A DNA stretch of 64,000 nucleotides. Origin: a virus (taxonomy: Duplodnaviria; Caudoviricetes). The translations under genes and the position numbers were made by a program. The notes under the pieces were generated by a model, which was not told the origin of the DNA, searched no databases, and worked only from the letters and a program-made list of their open reading frames with translations. How positions within the stretch are numbered: position 1 is the stretch's first letter; the number at the start of each line of letters is the position of its first letter. Below are positions 28,252 to 36,686 of this stretch, in pieces. The stretch spans positions 84,149 through 148,148 of IMG/VR virus record IMGVR_UViG_3300001525_000092, one strand, 5' to 3'.

Positions 28252-28291
28252 GGGTAGATAGGTAAGTGGTTAAAACGGCTTGACTGTAAAT
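28252..28291 (+). pseudogene. 5' half of tRNA-Tyr(GTA), broken just after the anticodon loop
   Basis: GGGTAGA TAGGTAAGTGGTTAAAACGG CTTGA CTGTAAA, then unrelated sequence; I found no TCAAG...T-arm...TCTACCC 3' half in the array. Confidence 0.75.
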
Positions 28292-28521
28292 AATTTAATT
28301 GTTGTATGTTCAAATCATCATAGAATGATACATGTAAATAATGTTATTCAATAGATTATTTACAAAATTTATCTATTGAGAACACATTTAACAATTGGAA
28401 AGACTATTATCATTTAGAACGATAGAATGGGTCAAAGGAACAAATGATAATCATGACGAAACAGATGCAAGAAATTGCATAGGAGATTGATGTGTGGCTA
28501 GTCAACCTTAAGACTTATCTA
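28255..28521 (+). ncRNA. putative structured ncRNA 4 fused to the tRNA-Tyr half
   Basis: TAGATAGGT/ACTTATCTA closing stem; several long internal hairpins. Confidence 0.5.
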
Positions 28522-28595
28522 GGTGCATTAGTTCAGTTGGTTAGAGCGCTACCCTGTCACGGTAGAAGTCATCGGTTCGAATCCGATATGTACCG
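28522..28595 (+). tRNA. tRNA-Asp(GTC)
   Basis: GGTGCAT/ATGTACC; CTACC-CTGTCAC-GGTAG. Confidence 0.93.
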
Positions 28596-28605
28596 CAAAA
28601 GAAAT

Positions 28606-28676
28606 TGGACTATAGTATAATGGCAGTACAGAAGATTTTGGTTCTTCTAGTCGGAGTTCGAATCTCCGTGGTCCAA
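28606..28676 (+). tRNA. tRNA-Gln(TTG)
   Basis: TGGACTA/TGGTCCA; GAAGA-TTTTGGT-TCTTC. Confidence 0.92.
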
Positions 28677-28683
28677 CAAACAT

Positions 28684-28756
28684 TGAGATATGGTGTAATG
28701 TGGTAACATCCAAGTCTCTGGAACTTGTGTTCTTCGTTCGAATCCAGATATCTCAA
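28684..28756 (+). tRNA. tRNA-Gln(CTG), distorted T-stem
   Basis: TGAGATA/TATCTCA; CAAGT-CTCTGGA-ACTTG; T-stem TCTTCG/CCAGA is mismatched. Confidence 0.75.
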
Positions 28757-28775
28757 CAAAAAAATGAAAAGTTCT

Positions 28776-28804
28776 TTGAAATTTTTAATATAACTTTCTA
28801 TATT
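28776..28804 (+). promoter_or_regulatory. promoter TTGAAA-N17-TATATT
   Basis: Repeated motif inside the tRNA array. Confidence 0.7.
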
Positions 28805-28833
28805 ATAAAAGTAAATACATAAAAATGTATATC

Positions 28834-28907
28834 GGGCTTGTAGCTCAGTCGGTTAGAGCAGCACACTCATAATGTGACGGTCTCGGGTTCAAATCCTGAC
28901 TGGCCCA
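28834..28907 (+). tRNA. tRNA(CAT), probably Ile2 (lysidine type)
   Basis: GGGCTTG TAGCTCAG body is Ile-like; CACA-CTCATAA-TGTG. Confidence 0.85.
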
Positions 28908-28922
28908 CTTTAATTTTTAATT

Positions 28923-29753
28923 ATGCCTAATCAATATACAAAATCATCAAATGGATTATTAGAATATAAAAAATACCATTATTTCTATAAAATAACTAAT
29001 CGTTTAAATGGTAAATATTATTATGGAATACATTCAACTGATAATTTAAATGATAGATATAAAGGTTCTGGTATAAGATTACATGAAGCATATAAAAAAT
29101 ATGGCATTAATAATTTTAAGAAAGAAATATTAAAATTTTTTAAAACTAGAAAAGAGGCTTCAAAATATGAAAATAAAATAGTTACAGAAGATGAAGTTAA
29201 TTCTGATAAATGTTATAATTTAACTGTAGGAGGTGATAAAGGTATATCCAATGCTTTTAAAGGAAAACATCATACAGAAAAGACAAAACAAATTGTATCT
29301 AAAAAATTAACAATACCTGATGATAAGTTGATTCTTAAAAGGAGAATGATGCATAAAGATGGTATTAAAAAATCTGTTAAAATAGAAGATATTCAAACAT
29401 ATAAAGAAAATGGATGGATTTTAGGAGGATCAAATTCTTCTTATATTCATACTAAGGAAGAATATTTAGATATATTAAAAGAAAGAAAAAGAAAACGAAT
29501 TGAAAAGGAAAATATATTAAAAGGAAATAGAATAAAAGAAAAGAAAAGAATTCATTCAATATTATTAAATATTGCAAAAGATGATAACATAAAATTAAAT
29601 AAATTTGGATGGAATAAAATTATTATTAAATTATTAAAAGAACAAAATATTATTATTAATTCTAATATAAGAAGATTTATAACAAATAATTGTCCTGAAT
29701 TCTTTAATTATAAAGAAGTTTATAATAAAACATATATCGCGGATGTGGTGTAA
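28923..29753 (+). CDS. GIY-YIG (Seg-like) homing endonuclease with NUMOD3
   Basis: YFYKITNRLNGKYYYGIH...YKGSG..L..A.KKYG..NFKKEIL...YNL..GG; FKGKHHTEKTK; stop codon lies inside the next tRNA. Confidence 0.85.
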   Translation: MPNQYTKSSNGLLEYKKYHYFYKITNRLNGKYYYGIHSTDNLNDRYKGSGIRLHEAYKKYGINNFKKEILKFFKTRKEASKYENKIVTEDEVNSDKCYNLTVGGDKGISNAFKGKHHTEKTKQIVSKKLTIPDDKLILKRRMMHKDGIKKSVKIEDIQTYKENGWILGGSNSSYIHTKEEYLDILKERKRKRIEKENILKGNRIKEKKRIHSILLNIAKDDNIKLNKFGWNKIIIKLLKEQNIIINSNIRRFITNNCPEFFNYKEVYNKTYIADVV

Positions 29754-29808
29754 AGGTAGCATACGAGGCTCATAACCTCGAAGAGCCGTTCGAGTCGGAC
29801 ATCCGCAA
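29738..29808 (+). tRNA. tRNA-Met(CAT), initiator-like
   Basis: CGCGGATG/CATCCGCA with a C:A top mismatch; CGAGG-CTCATAA-CCTCG; short T-stem. Confidence 0.8.
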
Positions 29809-29818
29809 CAAAATAAAT

Positions 29819-29892
29819 TGGAACTTAGCTCAGTTGGTTAGAGCAATTGACTGTTAATCAATAGGTCATCGGTTCGAATCCGATAGTTCCAG
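29819..29892 (+). tRNA. tRNA-Asn(GTT)
   Basis: TGGAACT/AGTTCCA; ATTGA-CTGTTAA-TCAAT. Confidence 0.94.
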
Positions 29893-29996
29893 CAAACGGC
29901 AACGATTATTTAGAGGCGGCCTAACTTAAGGCTACTCAATTGGATATGGTCAAGCTAATCACTTGAGATGGTCAAGCATCGCCAAACTCTTGACAT

Positions 29997-30070
29997 GGGC
30001 TGATAGTTCAGTTGGTTAGAACATTTGCTTTGCAAGCAAGAGGTCCTGAGTTCGATTCTCAGTCGGTCCA
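29997..30070 (+). tRNA. tRNA-Ala(TGC)
   Basis: GGGCTGA/TCGGTCC with G3:U70; loop TTTGCAA. Confidence 0.94.
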
Positions 30071-30080
30071 CAACACAATT

Positions 30081-30152
30081 GCTCCGATAGCACAGTGGTA
30101 GTGCAGCTCACTTGTAATGAGCAGGTCGTTGGTTCGAATCCGACTCGGAGCT
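30081..30152 (+). tRNA. tRNA-Thr(TGT)
   Basis: GCTCCGA/TCGGAGC; GCTCA-CTTGTAA-TGAGC. Confidence 0.94.
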
Positions 30153-30168
30153 CTCCTCTGCTGATTTT

Positions 30169-30206
30169 GGGCAAGCTTGATTGTGAAATTGAGCTTGCCC
30201 TTTTTC
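30169..30206 (+). terminator. intrinsic terminator ending the tRNA array
   Basis: GGGCAAGCTTGA...TTGAGCTTGCCC-TTTTT. Confidence 0.8.
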
Positions 30207-30238
30207 TATATTGTTTCATAATCAACTAACATAAAAAC

Positions 30239-30859
30239 ATGAAATACAACTACATATATAAGCTTACAATGATAGATGATGGAAAAGTCGTCTATGGTGT
30301 GCACGAGACAGATCACATGGATGATGGATATCCAGAGAGAAAGTTGAGCAAAGCGTTCAAAGAGATAGTTGCTATGTTCAGCACTATAGAAGAATGCAAT
30401 AGTTTCTATGACTATTGCAACAACAAAGGATTGTTTGATGGTAGCATGCAACTAGACAAGCTTCTTTCTTCTTACAATAAGTCTATCAATATAGAAAAGA
30501 AAGAAGAAAAGAAAGAGAAAGTAGCAAAGACAAGAGTGCCTAAGCCAAAGAAAGTCTCATTAAGATATGTGAATGATCCTGAGTATGTAGAAAAGATAAG
30601 ACAAGCCATAGAAAATGGAATTGACTTGTCAAAGCACGGATGGACCAAGAACATGATAGAGAAAACAGGAATCAACAAAGGAACTATCCATAGACTAATG
30701 AAGACACACTTTCCTGACATCTATGCTAATGCTTATCATCATGTAGAGAAGTTCAAGCAAGTATGGATTATCAAAGATGGCATTCCTAAGAGAATATCAG
30801 AAGGAAATTTAGCTACTTATGAGAAAGATGGATGGAAACTGAAGAAAGCACAATCATAG
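30239..30859 (+). CDS. degenerate GIY-YIG/Seg-like protein
   Basis: YIYKLTMIDDGKVVYGVHETDHMDDGY with a shortened catalytic domain; SKHGW module; genome-typical codon usage. Confidence 0.6.
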   Translation: MKYNYIYKLTMIDDGKVVYGVHETDHMDDGYPERKLSKAFKEIVAMFSTIEECNSFYDYCNNKGLFDGSMQLDKLLSSYNKSINIEKKEEKKEKVAKTRVPKPKKVSLRYVNDPEYVEKIRQAIENGIDLSKHGWTKNMIEKTGINKGTIHRLMKTHFPDIYANAYHHVEKFKQVWIIKDGIPKRISEGNLATYEKDGWKLKKAQS

Positions 30860-30870
30860 ATTGTGCTTTC
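30844..30870. terminator. bidirectional terminator
   Basis: GAAAGCACAATC-ATA-GATTGTGCTTTC at a convergent junction. Confidence 0.65.
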
Positions 30871-30873
30871 TCT

Positions 30874-31704
30874 TTATCTATGAATGTAGAACTGTACCCA
30901 TTTGTCTTTCTCTTTCTTCACTTCATCTATCAAGTCTATAGCCTCATCTACAGCATTGTTGATTGCTTTTGACAACTCTGGTGTCTTCAAGCTCTTGTAA
31001 GGATCATCATCATAGCTAGCAGATCCAACTTTTCCAATGTATAGTTGCCAGTCTTTGTCGTCATCTTTTCTGCCTATCAAGAAGTCTATCTCTATTCCTT
31101 CTTTCTTGTCACGATAGACATACTCTATCTTCAAGTACTTCTCTCCTTGCTTCAAGTCGGTCACTTGCTTGTCTGGAGCAGTGTATATCTTGAACTGGAT
31201 GTCTGCTCTCTGCTTTGCTTTAGCATCATCTTTAGCACCTTGCTGTCCTAGAGCATTAGAACTTTCTTTGTCATCTCCATTGTCTTCATTATCACCTTGA
31301 GTAGCTGCATCATCCATTCCTTCTTCATCTTCTACCACATACTTGATCTTCTCTTTCCATGTGTTGCCTTCAACCATAGGTATCAACTGTATCTTGTTGA
31401 CTGCTTCACAATATAGACTTGGATTGTCCAAGATGTCTTCTATGCTTCCAAGCGACTTCACTTCATCTATATATGAATTCTTATCTATAGTAAGTAGTAT
31501 AGTAGAATCAGGATTGACATAGCATTCTATAGTCATAGAAGGAGCATCATCATCTGACAAGTACTTCAAGTACTTTCCTTCTGTCATCTTTCCTTCATAT
31601 ATAGTAGTTCCAAACTTCTTTATAGAACAGTCATGCTCTGTCATGTACTTCCATATAGATGGTGCATTGTCATGTGCTTCTCTCAATGAGACAAAGTTGT
31701 TCAT
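30874..31704 (-). CDS. acidic hypothetical protein, probable head/virion component
   Basis: 276 aa; repeated xLxE/YxxE-like motifs; late-type motif upstream. Confidence 0.6.
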   Translation of the reverse strand: MNNFVSLREAHDNAPSIWKYMTEHDCSIKKFGTTIYEGKMTEGKYLKYLSDDDAPSMTIECYVNPDSTILLTIDKNSYIDEVKSLGSIEDILDNPSLYCEAVNKIQLIPMVEGNTWKEKIKYVVEDEEGMDDAATQGDNEDNGDDKESSNALGQQGAKDDAKAKQRADIQFKIYTAPDKQVTDLKQGEKYLKIEYVYRDKKEGIEIDFLIGRKDDDKDWQLYIGKVGSASYDDDPYKSLKTPELSKAINNAVDEAIDLIDEVKKEKDKWVQFYIHR

Positions 31705-31895
31705 TTATTGATGAATTGAATCATTTATTTAAAAATAAAATTGATCTTAGTCAAAAAATGATACCAGATTTCAAACTTTCTTGTTATTTTTAATACTATC
31801 TTTAATAAATTGTTCTATTTATTAAATGAACATGAATGATTCATGACCATCAAGAATGAATTTAAATGTAACAAACATATATATGACATGAAACT

Positions 31896-31994
31896 ATGAA
31901 GTTACTGAAAAAAATAGGAAACATCTACTTGAGAGTGATTGCACTTTCATTAGACTATCCTTATGAACAAATGAATTTTATCAACAAAACATGA
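31896..31994 (+). CDS. small peptide 1 (32 aa)
   Basis: MKLLKKIGNIYLRVIALSLDYPYEQMNFINKT*; ATGA-coupled to the next ORF. Confidence 0.55.
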   Translation: MKLLKKIGNIYLRVIALSLDYPYEQMNFINKT

Positions 31995-32080
31995 AGAAGT
32001 TACTTAAGAGATTTTGGCATTCTTACAAAGAAGCCATGGAGTTGTATGGTGAGGCTATTCTCATCTCAAAAACAGTTTAG
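31991..32080 (+). CDS. small peptide 2 (29 aa)
   Basis: MKKLLKRFWHSYKEAMELYGEAILISKTV*. Confidence 0.6.
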   Translation: MKKLLKRFWHSYKEAMELYGEAILISKTV

Positions 32081-32092
32081 TCAAATTAACAA

Positions 32093-32206
32093 ATGAAAGT
32101 CATGAAGAAGTTTATCAATGCCATCAAGAGAAACATGAAGGTATCTGCAGAGCGTGGACTCATGAACTGCACTGGATCTATACCTTTGTGGGCAACAAGT
32201 TACTAA
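32093..32206 (+). CDS. small peptide 3 (37 aa)
   Basis: MKVMKKFINAIKRNMKVSAERGLMNCTGSIPLWATSY*; followed by hairpin 32226-32248. Confidence 0.6.
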   Translation: MKVMKKFINAIKRNMKVSAERGLMNCTGSIPLWATSY

Positions 32207-32319
32207 GACATTCTAGATCCAAATGCCAATGGAGAAAGGCTCCATTGGTTGATGTGAAGGTGACCATCACTTTCACATTTGTGGGATTTTTAATAAAGAC
32301 AATGACTAACTAACTAAAC

Positions 32320-32742
32320 ATGAACTTCAATGACATGGCTATATACATAAAGAAAGGAATCAAAGGAAACTTCTTCACTAAGCTAGTGCAACAAAATAGT
32401 GGATATAGTAGCAAGAGCTTCTTTCTTGTGATAGTGACTATAATAGGAACATTGCTTCTTGCTGTCCCTATATTTGTTCTAGGAATAGAAGCTTGGTTCA
32501 ACCACACTATAGCTACTGACTTGAATGGTGTAGCAGCATACATAGCAGCGGTAGCAGCTGTCTTCACTTCTGTAGGTCTCACCAAAGTGTGGTCTGAGAA
32601 GTATGAGCACCGATTGCCTGGCCCAGATGGAAAGATTGGCACTGATGATGACATCATAGTGAATGTCACAGATGAAGAATATGACAAGATATTAGCAATG
32701 ATGAAAGAGAAAGAAAATGCTAATGATACAAGTTTCTCTTAA
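32320..32742 (+). CDS. two-TM membrane protein, holin-like
   Basis: Two hydrophobic helices, charged C-terminus, GPDGKIGTDDD loop. Confidence 0.55.
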   Translation: MNFNDMAIYIKKGIKGNFFTKLVQQNSGYSSKSFFLVIVTIIGTLLLAVPIFVLGIEAWFNHTIATDLNGVAAYIAAVAAVFTSVGLTKVWSEKYEHRLPGPDGKIGTDDDIIVNVTDEEYDKILAMMKEKENANDTSFS

Positions 32743-32842
32743 GATGCCGCCAGGAGTCGCTGGGCGCCGCTGGCGGCCGCGAAATGGCTTAGACTATAAA
32801 TTATATTAGGGCAACATTTTCAAGGCCGCCAGCGTCAAATTT
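32743..32842 (+). repeat. dispersed GC-rich inverted-repeat element, copy B
   Basis: Starts at the base after the TAA of 32320-32742. Confidence 0.95.
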
Positions 32843-32875
32843 CACATTTGTTAACATTTCATCATATCAATTATA

Positions 32876-35035
32876 TCAAGAGAATCTCTTGAATCTAGAT
32901 TCCATCATCTGGTGTGGTGTCAGCGGCATGTCATAGAGTGATCCTTCATCATTGCTGTATTGAGATGGCATAGTACTCATACTACTCAACATATTGTTCA
33001 TACTGCTTACATTATATATGTTGTTGTCATATATAGAAGAAGTAGAAGAAGTAGAAGGCATGCTTCTGTTCATGAATGGATTTGCATTGTTGATAGGAGA
33101 AGGTACAGTTGAACTTGGAACTCTCACTGTCTCTGACACAGACTTCTTCTCTATCACATTGCCTAATGCATCTCTTAGCAGCTTGAGCATCTCTATCTTC
33201 TTCTCATCTTTCTCTGCATCTTCTATCTCTTGCCATCTTCCTGTTGCTCTCATCTCTATTTCCCATTCTTCTATGAAGTCTTTGTACTTAGTGGTGTTCT
33301 TCAACAATGGCAACTGGACAAAAGTCATTATCAAGTCATCATGTCCATATGCAGCAGCATAGCTTCCATTTCCATTCTTATCTTCAAAGTTCTCTAATTC
33401 TGACACTGTTAGCAAGTCAGTCAAGATCACATCAAACTTCTCTATCATCATCTTAAGGAGTGCACAAGCAGATATCTTAGTGGCATGACTAAGCCTTATC
33501 CCTGGTATTGTGCTACTGTTCTTGAATCCATTCAAGTTAGCAATAGAGTCTTCTTGGCTTCCTTTCTTGTATCTTGCTAAGCAACTCAAGTCAAATTCTC
33601 TGGCAGGATTCACTTGCCATCTCCATGCTGCTTCTGGCATGTACTCTTCTTCATTCAAGTTCTTCAGATAATTGTAGAACAATGCACCGTATGTGTTCCA
33701 CTCAACAGACACTAGTGTCTTGAATGGATTGAAGAACTGACCAAACAGTACCCAGAACTCTAGTGCAGCTTGCTCAAGATCTACTGTGTTACAATGCCAG
33801 TATCCTACTTGCTCAAACTTCTCTTTTCCTACTACTTCTATTATGTTGAATGTAGTGAAGTCATTTCCTCCACCTTCGGCTAAGTCAACTAATATGATGA
33901 ACCAACCTTCTTTTAGATGATGCAACTCATATCCTTTCTTGAATCTAAGGTCATTCTTATGCAGACTGAAGTACCAACTGTCATCCTCAGGTACATCAAA
34001 CAGATAAGTCAAGTCTCTGATCTTTCCTAAAGTCTCTCTTGAGACAAGACACTTGTCTGATGCAGAGAATTGTGTTCCGTATTGATAGTAGAATGCTTCT
34101 TCTGATCCTAGCACACCTACCATCTCCGCTTTCCATTTCTCATCTCTCTTCTTCCAACACTTATTGTCTTTGTCCCACTGAGGCACTTGCCACCAGTCTA
34201 TGGTCATAGGAGCATACATTGACTTTCCAGTCTCAGCAGCATGCCATAGCTTATAGAACAAGTTGAATCCATTCTGCGTTGACATGATGCATATCTGGGC
34301 TGAAGTATCTGCTGACACTACAGGTATGATGTTGTTGTAGAATAGCTCAACATCATTAGGAGGACACCATGCAAACTCATCAAGTATCAAGAAGTTTATA
34401 GTCTTACCAAGACCTGCTGTAGGAGAGAATGGCTCTGTTGCAATAGTTGAGTTGTTGTCAAATGATATCTCGGACTGATTCCACTTGTACACACCTAGTT
34501 TCAAGTGATAAGGCAAGTACAAGAACATGTCTTTTATCTTCTTGAGCAAGTCTCTTCCTGCAGGACCTGACTTTGAAAGTATTAGGCCTGAGCGGTCATT
34601 CTTGAAGAGTATAGACCAAAGACAGAAGATAGCAGTTGTGACAGACTTTCCTGCCTGGCGGCATGCTCTAAGTATTGAGAATCGATTCTTCTGACAATGC
34701 TTGATATATTCTTCTTGGTAGTCACGAAGCACTGCTGCTTGGAGACCGTCAGGATTCATGATGTAACACTTAGATGCAAAGTATATAGGATCTTCCATGC
34801 AGTGCAAGTAGTCTTCTATCTCTTCTTCACTTCTCGCAAAGACTAGATTGGGCTTGATGAGCATAGTGTTCTTTCCTATGAAAGGATTGGCCTTCAGTGG
34901 CAATCCTTTCTTCATAGCTTCTACTGCTTTGTTTAAGGTGATAGTAGTCCAGACTATAGCTTCTGCTTCTTTTCCGCCTCTCTCATACTTTATAGGATCA
35001 AAGCTCTCATATATGTCTGTGTTGTCTTTCTTCAT
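32876..35035 (-). CDS. terL: terminase large subunit (T4 gp17-like)
   Basis: DPIYF, RDYQ, Walker A RQAGKS, Walker B LILDEFAW, nuclease DLAEGGGND and HDDLIM. Confidence 0.95.
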   Translation of the reverse strand: MKKDNTDIYESFDPIKYERGGKEAEAIVWTTITLNKAVEAMKKGLPLKANPFIGKNTMLIKPNLVFARSEEEIEDYLHCMEDPIYFASKCYIMNPDGLQAAVLRDYQEEYIKHCQKNRFSILRACRQAGKSVTTAIFCLWSILFKNDRSGLILSKSGPAGRDLLKKIKDMFLYLPYHLKLGVYKWNQSEISFDNNSTIATEPFSPTAGLGKTINFLILDEFAWCPPNDVELFYNNIIPVVSADTSAQICIMSTQNGFNLFYKLWHAAETGKSMYAPMTIDWWQVPQWDKDNKCWKKRDEKWKAEMVGVLGSEEAFYYQYGTQFSASDKCLVSRETLGKIRDLTYLFDVPEDDSWYFSLHKNDLRFKKGYELHHLKEGWFIILVDLAEGGGNDFTTFNIIEVVGKEKFEQVGYWHCNTVDLEQAALEFWVLFGQFFNPFKTLVSVEWNTYGALFYNYLKNLNEEEYMPEAAWRWQVNPAREFDLSCLARYKKGSQEDSIANLNGFKNSSTIPGIRLSHATKISACALLKMMIEKFDVILTDLLTVSELENFEDKNGNGSYAAAYGHDDLIMTFVQLPLLKNTTKYKDFIEEWEIEMRATGRWQEIEDAEKDEKKIEMLKLLRDALGNVIEKKSVSETVRVPSSTVPSPINNANPFMNRSMPSTSSTSSIYDNNIYNVSSMNNMLSSMSTMPSQYSNDEGSLYDMPLTPHQMMESRFKRFS

Positions 35036-35041
35036 AATTCA

Positions 35042-35968
35042 TTACAATGGTGATATTCCTAGCAAGCCAGCAAGCTTGAACTTTGCTTTCTGTATCTGTG
35101 TGGCAGCAGCTTGCTTCACTTTAGCTGTGTTCTTGTTTGTCATGTTGTTCAACTTGTCTATCTTCTTGTCTAATGCTTTTATAGTCGGCTTGACAGTCTG
35201 CTTAGCAATTCCTTTTGCTATTCCGTCTAAGAACTTGTTTCTGTTGTCCATTATAGTCTCTGCTTGATCATCAATAAAATCATAAGCTAAGTTCTTGTAC
35301 TCATTCTCTAACTTGTTTATCTGTCCACCTATCCATTGTGGTCCTTGCATAGCATACTTGCACACATCATTGACATAGTTGTTCATGTAAGAAGTGTACT
35401 TGTTGATGTATGTTGTTGCTAGACCAACATAAGTGTTCACATACTTAAGTATCTTCTGTGGACCATTCACTTTCTCTTTGAGCGCATTGATGTTAGACTC
35501 TGTCTCTTTGTCTATCAAGAACTTCTTAGGAATGTCTGCAAGTGCTTGCTTCAGTTCTTGTCCTGCCCAATATGTCACCCTAGATGTGAAGTATGATGTG
35601 ACAGTGCTTGCTATCTCTGATGTCTTCTTGGAAAGCAATCCAAGAGAGTAGCTAGTCACTTCAGCTATAGCTTCTTGCGCCATGTCAGATATCTGAGTGA
35701 CATCTCCTGCTAGTGACATTCCTGTTCCTATCACATTTCCAAATGTTGATCCTAGTCCTGCGCCTACAGAGCTAACTGTCAGCATAGCTCCATTCTCTAG
35801 CTCTCCTATCACATCAGCTGCCTGCTTCTGGATATTGTCTGCTATGTCATATATAGTGCCTCCTGCTACTTCAAGTCCATTGGCAGCAAATGCAGATGTG
35901 ATCTGGCCAGTCAAGAAATTCTGTCCGGCATCTATTGCTTTAGTCTTTATGCTACTGCTTAGTGACAT
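35042..35968 (-). CDS. hypothetical helical virion-module protein
   Basis: 308-aa Ala/Gly/Lys-rich ORF between the gp5-like gene and terL. Confidence 0.65.
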   Translation of the reverse strand: MSLSSSIKTKAIDAGQNFLTGQITSAFAANGLEVAGGTIYDIADNIQKQAADVIGELENGAMLTVSSVGAGLGSTFGNVIGTGMSLAGDVTQISDMAQEAIAEVTSYSLGLLSKKTSEIASTVTSYFTSRVTYWAGQELKQALADIPKKFLIDKETESNINALKEKVNGPQKILKYVNTYVGLATTYINKYTSYMNNYVNDVCKYAMQGPQWIGGQINKLENEYKNLAYDFIDDQAETIMDNRNKFLDGIAKGIAKQTVKPTIKALDKKIDKLNNMTNKNTAKVKQAAATQIQKAKFKLAGLLGISPL

Positions 35969-35986
35969 TCTATCTCATATATATCA

Positions 35987-36673
35987 TTATTGCACTACAA
36001 AGGACTTTGATGCTACTATAGCAGGTGTCAAGTCATTCAAGTCTTTCACTGCAGCATTCAAGTCTTCTGCTAGATGCACTGTTGTCCATGATCCTGCTGC
36101 TTTCAGTGCTAAGTTTCCTAGATTCTTCTTGAGCGAGTTCAGTACATCTACTAGCTTGTCTCCTAGTATCATTGGATGGTTGTCTCCTGTCTCTGTACCT
36201 ACAAACGCTTGGCCTCCTTTCATAGACATCTGCATCCCATTAGAGTTGTTGAGAACATCTCCGGATGGTGTCATCTGTGATGATGCTGATGTTGACACTC
36301 TAGTCATGAATCCTTCATCTCTGTTGTAGTACATCTGGTGTCCTACACCTTCTCCTGACCTTGACACTAGCACATCATAGTCATCATTCTGTATAGTAGC
36401 TGTAGTGTTCATGTTCAAGTCAGGCTTAGGAATGTACCAGTACCCATACTCATTCTTGGTGTCATTCAGCACCCATATCTTCTGTCCTTCTTGTGGCTTG
36501 GACACTCTCTGATATCCAGAAGAAGAGAAAGGCCATACCCAGAACATGTCATTGATGTTCATGCTAGTGTTGTCAAACAATCCAGGAGCAACTGCCTTCA
36601 CTCTTCCTAGATGCTTAGGATCATTAGCATCTACTACTACTCCCTGATATATCTCAAAGTTGCTTAGCTTCAT
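35987..36673 (-). CDS. baseplate hub/spike protein (gp5/VgrG OB-fold)
   Basis: GVVVDANDPKHLGRVK...W.WP...P.EG..IWV. Confidence 0.85.
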   Translation of the reverse strand: MKLSNFEIYQGVVVDANDPKHLGRVKAVAPGLFDNTSMNINDMFWVWPFSSSGYQRVSKPQEGQKIWVLNDTKNEYGYWYIPKPDLNMNTTATIQNDDYDVLVSRSGEGVGHQMYYNRDEGFMTRVSTSASSQMTPSGDVLNNSNGMQMSMKGGQAFVGTETGDNHPMILGDKLVDVLNSLKKNLGNLALKAAGSWTTVHLAEDLNAAVKDLNDLTPAIVASKSFVVQ

Positions 36674-36686
36674 CTCATGTCATTAG

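Noticed and set aside
23321-30225. Short ORFs overlapping tRNAs (23321, 23554, 25621, 25914, 25959, 30016)
   Set aside because: Shadow ORFs over tRNA/ncRNA genes.
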